This document shows, one piece after another, positions 63,396 through 64,000 of a stretch of DNA of 64,000 nucleotides. Both the position numbers and the translations under genes were made by a program. Numbering within the stretch: position 1 is the stretch's first letter; each line of letters begins with the position of its first letter. The notes under the pieces were generated by a model. The model saw only the letters and a program-made list of their open reading frames with translations, ran no database searches and was not told the origin of the DNA. The stretch comes from Ginglymostoma cirratum (taxonomy: Eukaryota), in assembly GCA_024137785.1 (NCBI GenBank), contig JAHRHZ010000098.1, forward strand, positions 38,359,231-38,423,230. Direction: 5' to 3'.

Positions 63396-64000
63396 TATAT
63401 CTACATTTCCATAAGTTGGGCTCTTAACAAGGGGCTAACCAGCAATAATGACTGTCAATTCAGAACTTGTCATTGCTTTGCGAGAATATGTCAAAGATGC
63501 AGCTTAATGATCTCAACATCGAGATGGGCCTTGAACATCTCATCTGATTCTACCTCATACCTCTCCAAAGTTCATGTCACTCAGATTCTGATAAGATTCC
63601 ACCCTACATGATTAATGTAACAGAATTCTACTTTTCACCAACTATATCCACTGACTAAAGTACTGAGACTGTTCATATGTCATACTTACATTGAGTCTAT
63701 ATACAGAAACATGCTACAAGGAGCTTCATGACAATTTTGCAAAATTGAAAAATGTTAATAATTTTGCTAAGATTTTATGAGGAAGTTAATAATTATGAAC
63801 TTGTAGACAATTTTAATGGTGTGACTTTCTTTCTTGCCTTATTCAGACATTTCTCCGAAAATTGATAACTTGGCCTCAGATACTGAGTGCTGAGGGTCTT
63901 AGCTGGGTACGACGATTAAGTGAGTGAAGAAGTGGGTGCTGTGGGTGTGTTCTTTAGCTACATATTGTCTACTGTTCAGAACGGCAGGAATCATTCAGGT

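Overview
Eukaryotic, AT-rich, CpG-depleted genomic DNA, almost certainly from an elasmobranch (shark): it carries HE1-type SINEs, several ages of CR1 LINEs, L2 relics, Deu-domain and LF-SINE-like ancient SINEs, and Penelope-derived fragments. I recognise no intact host protein-coding gene. The only long ORF (25719-27419) is a decayed CR1 ORF2. The window looks intronic or intergenic, with three weak minus-strand small-exon candidates and a repeat-free, homeodomain/TALE-motif-rich block (~45.4-47.4 kb) that resembles conserved non-coding elements. The most notable structures are: (1) two independent 'whole tRNA + ~24-nt spacer + SINE' composites (tRNA-Thr-HE1 and tRNA-Lys-SINE); (2) a single-ORF LINE whose 5' end is a tRNA-like Pol III head shared with a SINE that also shares its 3' tail; (3) a SINE array separated by repeated copies of the host target site; (4) a Penelope-type insertion carrying an inverted copy of its own flanking DNA; (5) minimal hammerhead ribozyme motifs in short TSD-bounded Penelope fragments. 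Family names come from recalled consensus sequences and by-eye comparison, with no database search. Boundaries of decayed repeats are approximate. SINE 'A' and 'B' and LINE 'X' are my working labels.
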